Of a stretch of DNA of 57,578 bases, positions 6,880-16,486 are shown piece by piece. The notes beneath the pieces are model-generated. The model saw only the letters and a program-made list of their open reading frames with translations. It made no database searches and was not told where the DNA came from. Position 1 is the first letter of the stretch. Each line of letters begins with the position of its first letter. The stretch comes from Kiritimatiellia bacterium (GTDB lineage: Bacteria; Verrucomicrobiota; Kiritimatiellia; RFP12; UBA1067), in contig JAEDMC010000001.1 in NCBI GenBank assembly GCA_016303225.1, forward strand, positions 1-57,578, written 5' to 3'. Position numbers and translations under genes: made by a program.

Positions 6880-8248
6880 TTTTAGCCCGAGGAGCGGACG
6901 GCGCCTGGTCGACGGAGATTCGTGTCCGCTTCAGCTTCTCGTCGTACCACTTCTCGATGTCGCCGAGCTGCATGCCCTTGGTCTCCGGCATACCGAAGCG
7001 CACCGCGAAGAAATAGACGAGCGCGCAGACCGCGCAGAAGAAGAACACCGGCGCGTAGCCGAAGCGCTCCCCGATCGGCAGGAACGAAAGCTGCTGGCAG
7101 GACGAGATGAAGTGGTTGGCCAGCAGGATGACGCTCATGCCGATCGCGCGGATTTTCGTCGGCAGCACCTCCGTCATCACCAGCCAGACGCAGACGCCCG
7201 GACCGACGGAGTAGAAGCCGATGAACGCGACAACGCCGACCGCGACCATCAGGCCGGTGACACCGCCCTTCGCCAGCAGGCCGTGCTCAATCGCGAAGAA
7301 CGAGCAGCCGATGAGGAGCATCGAGAGGCAGGCGCCGAGCGTACCGACGCCGAGCAGCACCTTGCGTCCGGCGCGGTCGACGAGCACGCACGCGAGCGCG
7401 GTGCCGACGAACATGACGGACTTGAACACGGTGTCGGTCCAGTTGGCGTACGTGCCGTCAAGCCCGCACGACTGGAAGATCTTCACCGAGTAGCAGAGAA
7501 CGAAAGGCAGTCCGCACAGCTTGTTGCACGAAACGATGATGAAGACGATCACGAACGGAACCACGAAGCGGCGGTCGGCGAGCATCTTGAGGGACGAGAG
7601 GACGGAATAGCCGGACGACTCCGACGCGGATTCCTTCGCACCGCCCTTTTTCCAGTCGGGCGACTCCGCCGCAAAGAGTCCGCCCAGGAAGAGCAGCACC
7701 GCCGGCACGGCCGCAATCCAGATGAGCGCCTGCCAGGCGGACGTCTTCGCGGCGACCGACACGTCCGCCGCGTCGCCTGCGCCGAACCAGTAGGCCACGG
7801 CCAGGCCGACGACGCCCGAGAGGACGATGCCGCCGATGAGGAAGAGCTGGAAGAGCCCCGTGCCCTTGCCGCGGTGCTCCGCCGGCAGCGACTCCGCGAG
7901 ATAGAGCGGCGCGACCGTGCCGACAAGGCCCATCGAGACGCCCTGGAGCGCAAAGCCCGTCACGAGCAGCGCATAACAGCCGTTGCACCAGACGATGACC
8001 GGCGCCGACAGGACGAACAGCAACGCCGAGAGTACGAGCATCCGCTTGCGGCCGAACATCTCGGCAAGCGGACCCGCGGCGAAGCCGAAGACCGTCGCGA
8101 CGATGCTCGAGGAGGCGACGAGCGTTCCCATCCGCGCGGCGCCGATGCCCATCGTCGCCTCGAAGTACGGCATGGCGACGGCGAGAATGTTGCCGCTTGC
8201 GAGTCCGTAGAGGACGCCTGCCAATCCTGATATCAAGAGTAGAAACAT
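6872..8248 (-). CDS. MFS sugar-porter family transporter
   Basis: 458 aa and about 12 TM segments. Sugar-porter signatures: GRKR.. after TM2, PLYLAE..P...RGK and PETKG near the C-terminus. Confidence 0.85.
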   Translation of the reverse strand: MFLLLISGLAGVLYGLASGNILAVAMPYFEATMGIGAARMGTLVASSSIVATVFGFAAGPLAEMFGRKRMLVLSALLFVLSAPVIVWCNGCYALLVTGFALQGVSMGLVGTVAPLYLAESLPAEHRGKGTGLFQLFLIGGIVLSGVVGLAVAYWFGAGDAADVSVAAKTSAWQALIWIAAVPAVLLFLGGLFAAESPDWKKGGAKESASESSGYSVLSSLKMLADRRFVVPFVIVFIIVSCNKLCGLPFVLCYSVKIFQSCGLDGTYANWTDTVFKSVMFVGTALACVLVDRAGRKVLLGVGTLGACLSMLLIGCSFFAIEHGLLAKGGVTGLMVAVGVVAFIGFYSVGPGVCVWLVMTEVLPTKIRAIGMSVILLANHFISSCQQLSFLPIGERFGYAPVFFFCAVCALVYFFAVRFGMPETKGMQLGDIEKWYDEKLKRTRISVDQAPSAPRAKMI

Positions 8249-8293
8249 AGCTTTATCCTACGGGAACCACCAAGAACGCAGAGATGCGCCGAG

Positions 8294-9454
8294 TTATCTG
8301 AGGGCGACGGACGCGAACATGGCCGCGGACGGCGCGAGAACGGAATCGTCGAAGTCAAAGCGCGGCGTGTGGGCGATCGGGAAGTCCTTGCCCTTGCGGA
8401 GACCGAACGTCATGTAGTAGGTCGGGATCTTGTCGCCGTAGTAGCCGAAGTCGTCCGACCCCATGCTCGGGAAGATCTGCTCGAGCGGCAAGCCGAGGAG
8501 CTTCGCATTCGTGCGGACGACCTCGCCGAGGTCGGGCGTATTGTAGGTGAGCGGCAGGAGGTCGGTGTACTTCACCTCGACCTTGCCGTTGAAAACCGCC
8601 GCGGTCGTTTCGGCGACCATTTTGATCTTCTCGCGGAGAAGCGCGTCGATCGCCTTCTCGTGGAAGCCAATCCGTCCGCCGAGCAGTCCCTCGTGCGGTG
8701 TCGCGACGGTCTGGTCGCCGGCCTGCAGCTTGAGGAGCGTGAGCGAATAGGGACGCGTCGCGCGGATGAGGGACTTGAGTCCGTCAATCTCGACGGCGAT
8801 GCGCGAGAGGATGACGGCGGGATTGACCGCCTCCTCCGGGTAGCTCCCGTGCACGCTCTTGCCCTTCACGAAGATCTCGAAGCGCGTGCCGCCCGCCATC
8901 ACCGTGCCGTCGTACCAGCCGACGTTGCCGAAGTCGCTCGTCGCGTTGAGGTGAAAGCCCCAGGCCTCGTCCACGCCGTCGAGGACGCCGCACTGCAGGA
9001 ACTCGGGCGCGCCGTCCGGCGTCGTCTCCTCGGCCGGCTGGAAGAGGAAGCGGACGTTTCGCTCGGGACGGATCTTCGAGAGGAGCATCGCCGCGCCGAG
9101 GTTCACCGCGACGTGTCCGTCGTGTCCGCACGCGTGCATCTTGCCGGGAACCTCCGACTTGTAGGTGTGGTCAGCGGGCTTGTCCTCCTGAATCGGCAGC
9201 GCGTCGATGTCGCAGCGGAGCGCGACCGTGCCCTTCGAGGGGTCCGTTCCCTTCAGCTCGGCCATGACGCCGGTCTTCATGGCGATGGGCTGCACTTCGA
9301 CGCCGGGGAGGGCGGAGAGGACCTCCCTGATCTTTTCCGTCGTGCGGAATTCCTCGAAGCCGAGTTCCGGATGACGGTGCAGGTCGCGCCGGATGTCGCG
9401 CAGCGTGTCGGCGATCTTGGCCGCCTCGCCGAGCAGAAGGTTTTTGTCGATCAT
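8294..9454 (-). CDS. M20D family amidohydrolase (N-acyl-amino-acid amidohydrolase / hippurate hydrolase-like)
   Basis: 386 aa. Motifs: HRHPELGFEE, MHACGHDGH, FQPAEE. An SD-like ggaaggaaag lies upstream. Confidence 0.85.
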   Translation of the reverse strand: MIDKNLLLGEAAKIADTLRDIRRDLHRHPELGFEEFRTTEKIREVLSALPGVEVQPIAMKTGVMAELKGTDPSKGTVALRCDIDALPIQEDKPADHTYKSEVPGKMHACGHDGHVAVNLGAAMLLSKIRPERNVRFLFQPAEETTPDGAPEFLQCGVLDGVDEAWGFHLNATSDFGNVGWYDGTVMAGGTRFEIFVKGKSVHGSYPEEAVNPAVILSRIAVEIDGLKSLIRATRPYSLTLLKLQAGDQTVATPHEGLLGGRIGFHEKAIDALLREKIKMVAETTAAVFNGKVEVKYTDLLPLTYNTPDLGEVVRTNAKLLGLPLEQIFPSMGSDDFGYYGDKIPTYYMTFGLRKGKDFPIAHTPRFDFDDSVLAPSAAMFASVALR

Positions 9455-9482
9455 TTCGTCTTTCCTTCCGTACTGCGAACAT

Positions 9483-10391
9483 TTAGAGCTTCTCGCAGAT
9501 CTCGCGAAGCTTCTCGACGGAGAACGCCCAGAAGTTCTTCTCGAAGTCGGCCGAGAACGCCGCGATGTGCGGCGTGACGACGCACTTCGGATGCTGCAGG
9601 AGACGGCTCTTCACGTCTGGCGGTTCCGCGCACATGACGTCGATCGCCGCGCCGCCGATCGTCCCGTTGTCGAGCGCGTCCGCAAGCGCCTCCTCGTCGA
9701 TGACGGGTCCGCGCGACGTGTTGATGAGAAGCGCGTTCCTCTTCATGAGCCTGAGGCGCTCGGCGTTGATGAGGCCCTTCGTCTCGGGCGTGAGCGGACA
9801 GTGCACGCTCACGTAGTCGGACTCCTTCAGGAGCGTCTCGAGGTCAGTCGAGTCCGGTGCGAACGGATCGTAGTGCAGCGTCTTCATGTCGAAGCCGCTC
9901 ATCATCTTCTCGACGCGGCGTGCGATGTTGCCGTAGCCGATGAGGCCGAGCGTGCGGTGCGAGATGTGCCAGTCCATGCCCTCGACCTTGCCCCACTCGT
10001 AGCCCGCCTTCGCGCGTGCGCAGTACTGGGGGATCTGGCGGATGTAGCTGATCAGGAGCGCGACCGCGTGTTCGGCGACGCACTCGGCGATCGACGCGGG
10101 CGTGTTGTAGACCCCGACGCCGTGCGCCTTCGCCCAATCGCAGGGAAGCGAGTCCAGTCCGGAACCCGAGCGGAACAGCGCCTTCAGGTTGGGGAGCTTC
10201 TCAAGCGCCTCCGGCTTCAGGCAGAGGTTCGGACCGAACATCCAGAAGATCTCGCAGTCGCCGAACTCCTTCAGCAGTTCGTCCGGCGTCTCGCACCGCT
10301 TGCACTTGATTTCGGCGAACTCGCGGATCGCCTCAATCGTACCCTCGGGAAAGCGCTCTTCCTCGGCCGTCACCATTGCAATCTTATGCAT
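9483..10391 (-). CDS. D-isomer-specific 2-hydroxyacid dehydrogenase family protein
   Basis: 302 aa. NAD motif GLIGYGNIARRV, then NTSRG..ID and PH catalytic segments. Confidence 0.85.
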   Translation of the reverse strand: MHKIAMVTAEEERFPEGTIEAIREFAEIKCKRCETPDELLKEFGDCEIFWMFGPNLCLKPEALEKLPNLKALFRSGSGLDSLPCDWAKAHGVGVYNTPASIAECVAEHAVALLISYIRQIPQYCARAKAGYEWGKVEGMDWHISHRTLGLIGYGNIARRVEKMMSGFDMKTLHYDPFAPDSTDLETLLKESDYVSVHCPLTPETKGLINAERLRLMKRNALLINTSRGPVIDEEALADALDNGTIGGAAIDVMCAEPPDVKSRLLQHPKCVVTPHIAAFSADFEKNFWAFSVEKLREICEKL

Positions 10392-10400
10392 AGTCTCGCA

Positions 10401-10409
10401 ATTATATCA
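10401..10409 (-). promoter_or_regulatory. Extended -10 TGATATAAT, 9 nt before the 2-hydroxyacid dehydrogenase ATG
   Basis: Minus strand TGATATAATtgcgagactATG. Confidence 0.6.
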
Positions 10410-10415
10410 CATCCC

Positions 10416-13400
10416 TCAACGTTCCCAGGGCTTGGGTTCCCGGGCGGCGAGGTAAATCTTCGGTTCGGGGCGGAACGTCGTGTCCGCCTGCGGAACGATC
10501 TTCGAGAGCTCCGAGAGGAACGAGAGCGAGCCCGCCACGCGGAAGCCTTCGCCGAGGTCGACGTCGAGGACGCGCCCCGTCGGGTAGTGCAGCTCGATGA
10601 TCACCGGGAGCTTGCCCGGATTCTTCACAATCGCCTCGCGGAGGCGGTTCACCTTCGCACGGATCTCCGGATCGACATACTGCATCTTGATGCGGAGTCC
10701 CTTCGAGACGAGCGGCAGCGCGTGCTCGAGCGGATAAGCCTCCTTCACCGTAAAGCTCAGGTCGCCGACCTGCGGATGCTCCTTGTGGACGTCTTCCTTC
10801 GCGTACGTCACGCGGTGCGAGACCTCGCCGCAGACCATCACGAGCTGATCGACCTTCTCCTCGAGCCCCAGCGCCGCGGCCTTCTCCCACACCTTCGCGA
10901 ACGCCGAGCCTTCGCCGCGGCCGACGCCGTCGTCCATCTGCAGGATCGCCCACTTGCCGCCGACCGATCCGTCGGGGCGCGGCTTCGGCGTCTTCACCAG
11001 GCACCCGCTCAGCATCGCGACGACGCGTACGTCCAGCTTCTTCAAGAGGATCTTGTCGACGTTCTTGCGGATCGCCTTCTTCTCCGCGTTGACCGCCTTG
11101 TCGAACTTCTCCTTGTCGAACATCGAGACTTCGCCCTTCGCCCGCACGACGTTGCGCGCCATCGACTTCAGCTGCCAGTCGTTCTCCTTCGCCTGCTTGA
11201 GCAGCGCCTCCACCGAACCTTCGTCGACAGGCGCGGCCTCGGGAGGGGCGTCGTCGTCGGACGGAGACGACTGCGACTGCTGGGACTGCGGTGACACGTC
11301 GGCAGCTTCGGGATCGCCTTCGGGGAGCTCCTCTTCGGGCTCCTTCTTCTTCTCGATCATCGAAAGCGAGAACGGCAGCGACTCATAGGTCTCCTCGCCG
11401 TCGGGGCCCTTGCCGACGTCGACCATCACGGTCGAGAGCTCGGAGACGACCTTGCGGCAGGCGGCCATCGGATCGCCCGAGATGTACACGCCGCACAGGT
11501 CGCGTTCGTTCTTGAGGTCTTCCGCCGGGGCGAACGGGGGACAGTCCCTCAGCTCGTCGTCGCTGTAGGTCTCCTCGCCGCCGGCCATCAGGTCGAAGAA
11601 GCTCGTCTGCGCGCTGGCCTTTTCCTTCGCGCGCGCCTGCGCCTTCTTGAGGACGTACTCGATGTTGTTGAAGAGCTTCGCGCGATTCGGCTCCAAGGTC
11701 GCGAAACCGCCGACGCGCGTCAGGTTCTCGAGAACGCGCTTGTTGACGACGTTCGAGCCCGCGAGGCGCATGCAGAAGTCGACGAAGCCGGTGTAGGGTC
11801 CGTTCGCCTCGCGCTCCGCGACGATCGCCTCCGCCGCGGCGGAACCGACGCCCTTGATGCCGCCGAGGCCGTAGCGGATGCCCTTCGCGTCGGGGGTCGG
11901 GACGAACCGCGCGCCGGACTCGTTGACGTCGGGGAGTCGCAGCTCGAGGCCGATTTCCTTCGCTTCCGCGACGAAGCCGGGGAGCTTGTCGAAGTTGCCG
12001 ATTTCGGACGAGATCTGGGCGCACATGAACTCGGCCGGATAGTGCGCCTTCAGGTAGCCCGTCTGATACGCGACCCAGGCGTAGCAGACCGAGTGCGACT
12101 TGTTGAACGCGTACGACGCGAACGCCTCCCAGTCGGTCCAGATCTTGTCGATGAGCTTGCGCGCCTCGGCTTCGTCCTGCCACTTGTCGATGCGGAACTT
12201 CGGGTTCGCGAGGCAGCCCTTGACGAACTTCTCCTTCAGCTCCGCCATGATGTCCATGAGCTTCTTGCCCATCGCCTTGCGGAGCTTGTCCGACTCGCCG
12301 CGCGTGAAGCCGGCGAGGTCGCGCGAGAGCAACATCACCTGTTCCTGATAGACCGTGATGCCGTACGTGTCCTTGAGGCGCGCCTCCATCTCCGGGTGGT
12401 CGTAGGTGACGGGCTTGCGGCCCTGCTTGCGGTCGATGAAGTCGGGGATGTAGCCCATGGGGCCCGGACGGTACAGCGCGTTCATGGCGACGAGGTCCGT
12501 CAGCTTCTCGGGCTGCAGCTCCATGAGGTACTTCTTCATGCCCGCCGATTCGAACTGGAAGAGTCCGGTCGTCTCGCCGCGGCCGAAGAGCTGGTAGGTC
12601 TCCTTGTCGTCGTCGGGAATCTTGTCCGTGTCGAGCTCGCCCGCCTCGTTGCGAATCTTCTCCGGCACGCGCGGATTGTTCTTCCCGAGAAGCGCGACGC
12701 ACTCCTTCTCGACGGAAAGCGTCTTCAATCCGAGGAAGTCCATCTTCAGAAGTCCGACCGGCTCGACGAAGTGTCCGTCATACTGAGTCGTCAGCAGCTT
12801 GTCTTCCTTCTTCCCTTCACCTTCGCCCTTCGCTTTCTTCCCGCCTCCTTTTTCCGGCGTCGGCATGACGGGGAGGGTTTCGGCGATCGGATCGCGGGAG
12901 ATGATGACGCCGCAGGCGTGGACGCCCGGCTGGCGGATGCAGCCCTCGAGGCGTCCGGCGCGTTCCATGAGCTTATGGACGACGGGATCGTCGGAGTTGA
13001 ACGCGGCCTCGAGCTCGGGGGATTCCTTGCGGGCCTTCTTGAAGTTGATCTTCGGCGTGTCGGGGACGTACGAGGCGAGCTTGTTCGTGTCCGCCAGCGG
13101 ATAGTCCATCACGCGGCCGACGTCCTTGATCGCCGACTTCGCGGCCATCTGTCCGAACGTCACGATGTGCGCGACGTGGTCCGCCCCGTAGCGGCGCGTC
13201 ACGTAGTCGAGGACGCGCTCGCGGCCGGCGTCGTCGAAGTCGACGTCGATATCGGGCATGGAGATGCGGTCGGGGTTGAGGAAGCGTTCGAACAGGAGGT
13301 CGTACTTGAGCGGATCGACGTTGGTGATCCAGAGCGCATAGGCGACGGCCGAACCCGCGGCGGATCCGCGCCCGGGGCCGACCCACACGCCGCACTCCTC

Positions 13401-14657
13401 GCGTGCGGCGCGGATGTAGTCGCGGACGATGAGGAAGTAGCCGGGAAAGCCCATCAGCTTGATCGTGTCGAGCTCGAACTGCACGCGTTCCTTCACGTCC
13501 TGCGGAATGACGCCTTCGGCGTCGCCCCAGCGGATCTTCGCGCCGGCCCAGACGAGCGAGGCGAGATAGTCGGCCTCGAACTTGATGCGAAGCACCTTCT
13601 CGTATCCGCCCAGGCGGTCGAAGTTGTTGGGCTTCTGGACGTTGAACTCGGCCTTCAGCTTCTCCTCGTCGAACTCCTTCGCGTAGCCCTCCTCGGTGCC
13701 GAACTCGACCGGAATCGCAAACTTCGGCATGATCGGCGGCGAGTCGAGCTCGTACTCCTCGATCATGTCCGCGACGGCCTTCGTGTTCGCGACGACTTCG
13801 GGACATTCGGCGAAGAGGGCGCGCATCTCCTCCTCGGTCTTGAAGTATTCCTGGCCGGTGTAGACCATGCGCTTCTCGTCGGACATCTTCTTGCCCGTCG
13901 AAAGCGCGAGGAGGACGTCATGCGAATCGTCGTCCGCCGCGTCGAGAAAGTGGACGTCGTTCGTGGCGATGACGCGGATGTCGAGCTTCTTCCCGAGCTC
14001 GAGCATGCCCTTGACGACCTTGACCTGGCGCTCGTAGAGGTCGACGAAGTCGGCCTGCGCAGAGAGCGGGATGTCGGGACCGGACTTCGCGGCCTTGTGG
14101 ACCATCACCTCGAGCGAGTAGTTTTCGCCGAAGAGGTCCTTGTACCACTTCGCGGCGCGCTCGGCCTCGGCCATGTTCCCCGCGTCGATCGCGTGCGCGA
14201 CTTCGCCGGCGATGCACGCGGCGGAGCAGTGGAGACCCTCGTGGTATTTCTCGAGGAGGGCGTGGTCGATTCGCGCGTTGTGGTAGAAGCCGTTGATGTG
14301 CGCCTCGGACATGAGGCGGACGAGGTTGTGGTACCCCGTCTTGTTCATCGCGTGGAGGCAAAGGTGATGGCGGTACTCGTTCTTGTCGCGCGACTTGTAG
14401 TCGCCGGACGAGGTGACGTACGCCTCGCAGCCGAGGATGGGCTTGACGCGGACGCCGGCGAGGTCGCCGTAGGTCTTCTCCTTCTTAGACCGGCACTCGT
14501 CGTAGAAGCTCTTCAGGGCGAAGAGGTTGCCGTGGTCTGTGACCGCCAGGGCGGGCATGCCGAGAGAGCGCGCCTTGCGGACGAGCGGCACGATCTGGCA
14601 CTGCCCGTCGAGAAGCGAATAGGTCGTGTGCAGGTGAAGATGAACGAAATCTGACAT
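10416..14657 (-). CDS. dnaE: DNA polymerase III subunit alpha
   Basis: PHP domain FVHLHLHTTYSLLDG plus polymerase core and OB fold. ATG at 14657 is preferred over GTG at 14660. Contains low-complexity inserts (GGGKKAKGEGEGKKEDK; SPQSQQSQSSPSDDD). Confidence 0.97.
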   Translation of the reverse strand: MSDFVHLHLHTTYSLLDGQCQIVPLVRKARSLGMPALAVTDHGNLFALKSFYDECRSKKEKTYGDLAGVRVKPILGCEAYVTSSGDYKSRDKNEYRHHLCLHAMNKTGYHNLVRLMSEAHINGFYHNARIDHALLEKYHEGLHCSAACIAGEVAHAIDAGNMAEAERAAKWYKDLFGENYSLEVMVHKAAKSGPDIPLSAQADFVDLYERQVKVVKGMLELGKKLDIRVIATNDVHFLDAADDDSHDVLLALSTGKKMSDEKRMVYTGQEYFKTEEEMRALFAECPEVVANTKAVADMIEEYELDSPPIMPKFAIPVEFGTEEGYAKEFDEEKLKAEFNVQKPNNFDRLGGYEKVLRIKFEADYLASLVWAGAKIRWGDAEGVIPQDVKERVQFELDTIKLMGFPGYFLIVRDYIRAAREECGVWVGPGRGSAAGSAVAYALWITNVDPLKYDLLFERFLNPDRISMPDIDVDFDDAGRERVLDYVTRRYGADHVAHIVTFGQMAAKSAIKDVGRVMDYPLADTNKLASYVPDTPKINFKKARKESPELEAAFNSDDPVVHKLMERAGRLEGCIRQPGVHACGVIISRDPIAETLPVMPTPEKGGGKKAKGEGEGKKEDKLLTTQYDGHFVEPVGLLKMDFLGLKTLSVEKECVALLGKNNPRVPEKIRNEAGELDTDKIPDDDKETYQLFGRGETTGLFQFESAGMKKYLMELQPEKLTDLVAMNALYRPGPMGYIPDFIDRKQGRKPVTYDHPEMEARLKDTYGITVYQEQVMLLSRDLAGFTRGESDKLRKAMGKKLMDIMAELKEKFVKGCLANPKFRIDKWQDEAEARKLIDKIWTDWEAFASYAFNKSHSVCYAWVAYQTGYLKAHYPAEFMCAQISSEIGNFDKLPGFVAEAKEIGLELRLPDVNESGARFVPTPDAKGIRYGLGGIKGVGSAAAEAIVAEREANGPYTGFVDFCMRLAGSNVVNKRVLENLTRVGGFATLEPNRAKLFNNIEYVLKKAQARAKEKASAQTSFFDLMAGGEETYSDDELRDCPPFAPAEDLKNERDLCGVYISGDPMAACRKVVSELSTVMVDVGKGPDGEETYESLPFSLSMIEKKKEPEEELPEGDPEAADVSPQSQQSQSSPSDDDAPPEAAPVDEGSVEALLKQAKENDWQLKSMARNVVRAKGEVSMFDKEKFDKAVNAEKKAIRKNVDKILLKKLDVRVVAMLSGCLVKTPKPRPDGSVGGKWAILQMDDGVGRGEGSAFAKVWEKAAALGLEEKVDQLVMVCGEVSHRVTYAKEDVHKEHPQVGDLSFTVKEAYPLEHALPLVSKGLRIKMQYVDPEIRAKVNRLREAIVKNPGKLPVIIELHYPTGRVLDVDLGEGFRVAGSLSFLSELSKIVPQADTTFRPEPKIYLAAREPKPWER
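11269..11289. repeat. gactgc hexamer micro-repeat in the dnaE linker
   Basis: gactgc at 11269, 11275 and 11284. It encodes the SQQSQS part of an acidic/Ser-rich insert. Confidence 0.6.
12803..12855. repeat. Pyrimidine-only low-complexity tract inside dnaE
   Basis: Sequence: cttccttcttcccttcaccttcgcccttcgctttcttcccgcctcctttttcc. It encodes GGGKKAKGEGEGKKEDK. Confidence 0.6.
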
Positions 14658-14664
14658 CACCCAT

Positions 14665-14670
14665 ATTATA
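14665..14670 (-). promoter_or_regulatory. -10 box TATAAT, 7 nt before the dnaE ATG (14657)
   Basis: Minus strand ggTATAATatgggtgATG. Confidence 0.55.
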
Positions 14671-14676
14671 CCAAAA

Positions 14677-14691
14677 GTGCCTGACCGGCAC
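14677..14691 (-). terminator. Weak hairpin plus T-run after rpoN, abutting the dnaE -10 box
   Basis: Minus strand gtgcc-ggtca-ggcac followed by tttt and then ggTATAAT. The stem is only 5 bp. Confidence 0.3.
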
Positions 14692-14734
14692 CCTTACGCG
14701 TCTTTCCGCGGCGTGATAGGACTGCCGCTCCCGA

Positions 14735-16117
14735 TCAATGGGCACGCCGGGCGCTTGTGCCGGGAATGCCAGCGAGCCCACGGTACTTGGCGACCGTGCG
14801 GCGGGCGACGGGGAAGCCCTCGCCCTTCAGCATGTCTGACAGTTTCTCATCCGACAGCGGATGCGCCTTGTCCTCCGCCTCGACCATCGCCCGCAGGCGG
14901 TCCAGCACGCGGTCTTTCACGACCGCCTCGCCGGAATCCGTCACAATCCCCTGCGAGAAGAAACGCCTGAGCTCGACGACCCCCTTCGGTGTGGATGCGT
15001 ACTTGCCGTTCACCGTCCGCGAAACCGTCGTGTAATGTATGCCGAGCTTGTCCGCGACCTCCTGCATCGTCAGAGGCTTGAGGCCCTTCAGTCCCTGCTC
15101 GAAGAACCCGGGCTGCCGGTCGAAGATTTCCTGGGCGATGGCGGCGATCGTGTCGCGACGGTGCGCGACGGCGTCGACAAGCGCATTGGCGGCGGCGATG
15201 CGCTCACGGATGTAGGCCTTCGTCTCCGCGGTCGTCTCCGGATCCTCCAGCATGGTGACGTACTTGGACGAGATGCGGATTTCGGGGAGGCTCCGCGCGT
15301 CCACTCGCGCAACCCATCCGTCCGCGCAACGGACGGCATGAACCTCGGGATTGACGTATTCCGTTCCGCGCACGTCGTGTCGATAGGCGCGCCCGGGACG
15401 CGGGTCAAGCGTCCGCAACGCCACGAGGGCCTCCGCGTCCTCGACCTGGCCGGCGGCGACCGCCTCAAGTTTTCCGATCAGCTGCGCGACGCGTGCGCGC
15501 AAGGCGGGGTCATCGATCTTGTCGAGCTGGGCAGAGAGGCATTCCGCAAGCGTTGTCGCGCCGCAGCCGGGCGGATCGAGTTCGCGGATCTGCGCAAGGA
15601 GTGACCGCACCTTCGACTCCGGTTCGCCGGAGACCATCACGATGTCCGGCAGCGAACCGACGAAGAGTCCGTCGTCGTTGAGTTCGCCAATCAGCATTTC
15701 GGCGAGCGGATAGTCGGCTTCCTCAATGTCGGACGCTGGAAGCTGGCCGACAAGGTGCTGTTCGAGCGTCTCTTCGCGGACCTGGTTCTCGAAGAACTTC
15801 TCGCGACGGGCCATCGCGTCGGGGTCTGATCCGTTCTTGCCGCGCGCGATGCCGTCCATGTAGGCCGCCTCGCGTATGTCGTCGTCCTCGGGATAGTCGG
15901 AGACGCGTTCGTCTTCGGCAAGCTGCCGTTCGCATTCGGAGACTGTCGTTTTTTCAAGTGTCGGCTCGATGTCGTCGATGACGGGATTCTTCGCCATCTC
16001 GGCGATGAGTTCGCTACGAAGTTCCGGCAAGCTCATTGCCAGCATCCTGATACCCTGACGCATCTGCGGCGCCAGGATCTGCCGCTGCGAGTGAGTCTGG
16101 GAGAGCGCCCCGGTCAT
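14735..16117 (-). CDS. rpoN: RNA polymerase sigma-54 factor
   Basis: 460 aa. Gln-rich N-terminus (LSQTHSQRQILAPQMRQ), HTH, and RpoN box ARRTVAKYR near the C-terminus. Confidence 0.95.
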   Translation of the reverse strand: MTGALSQTHSQRQILAPQMRQGIRMLAMSLPELRSELIAEMAKNPVIDDIEPTLEKTTVSECERQLAEDERVSDYPEDDDIREAAYMDGIARGKNGSDPDAMARREKFFENQVREETLEQHLVGQLPASDIEEADYPLAEMLIGELNDDGLFVGSLPDIVMVSGEPESKVRSLLAQIRELDPPGCGATTLAECLSAQLDKIDDPALRARVAQLIGKLEAVAAGQVEDAEALVALRTLDPRPGRAYRHDVRGTEYVNPEVHAVRCADGWVARVDARSLPEIRISSKYVTMLEDPETTAETKAYIRERIAAANALVDAVAHRRDTIAAIAQEIFDRQPGFFEQGLKGLKPLTMQEVADKLGIHYTTVSRTVNGKYASTPKGVVELRRFFSQGIVTDSGEAVVKDRVLDRLRAMVEAEDKAHPLSDEKLSDMLKGEGFPVARRTVAKYRGLAGIPGTSARRAH

Positions 16118-16440
16118 CAGTGTCCGGCGCGGTCGTCGGTCTTCTCGGGGAAGGCGACCTTCACGCCCTTTTCATCAATCGCGTAGCGGATGTTCGCCTG
16201 AGCGATCTGCATTGAATCGTACTTCAAGGTCAGCGTCTTCGCCTGCATGTCCCAGACGTAGGAGTCCTTCCGCACACCCGAATACTTCGCGAGCGCGGCG
16301 ACGACCGTCTCCTTTTGCGCCTCAGTGAGCGACGGCATCGTCACCGTCATCTCACGAATATCCTCGCGGCGACAGCCGCAGAAGAGAAAGGAAAAAGTAA
16401 AAAGTAAAAGTGAAAAAGTATGGAAGATTGTTTTGTTCAT
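16117..16440 (-). CDS. Small lipoprotein with HMA-like ferredoxin fold, no CxxC
   Basis: MNKTIFHTFSLLLFTFSFLFCGC signal/lipobox-like segment followed by a beta-alpha-beta-beta-alpha-beta-like body. The alternative TTG start at 16458 is in frame. Confidence 0.55.
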   Translation of the reverse strand: MNKTIFHTFSLLLFTFSFLFCGCRREDIREMTVTMPSLTEAQKETVVAALAKYSGVRKDSYVWDMQAKTLTLKYDSMQIAQANIRYAIDEKGVKVAFPEKTDDRAGH

Positions 16441-16481
16441 GTCTTTGCCTTTCGTCAAAAGTCGTTTACTTTTTCACTTTT
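16406..16481. repeat. 15-bp perfect inverted repeat flanking the lipoprotein start codon (aaaagtr micro-array family)
   Basis: aaaagtgaaaaagta at 16406-16420 and tactttttcactttt at 16467-16481. The 46-nt spacer holds the ATG at 16440-16438. Confidence 0.9.
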
Positions 16482-16486
16482 CCTTT

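Noticed and set aside
12042-14654. 870-aa plus-strand ORF (also 9393-11294, 6755-8230, 18047-19579, 19423-20859, 20973-22127)
   Set aside because: These are antisense shadows of dnaE, the MFS gene, ptsI, hprK and lptB. The proteins are R/D/E/H/L-rich with no recognisable motifs. This is typical of stop-poor antisense frames in high-GC DNA.
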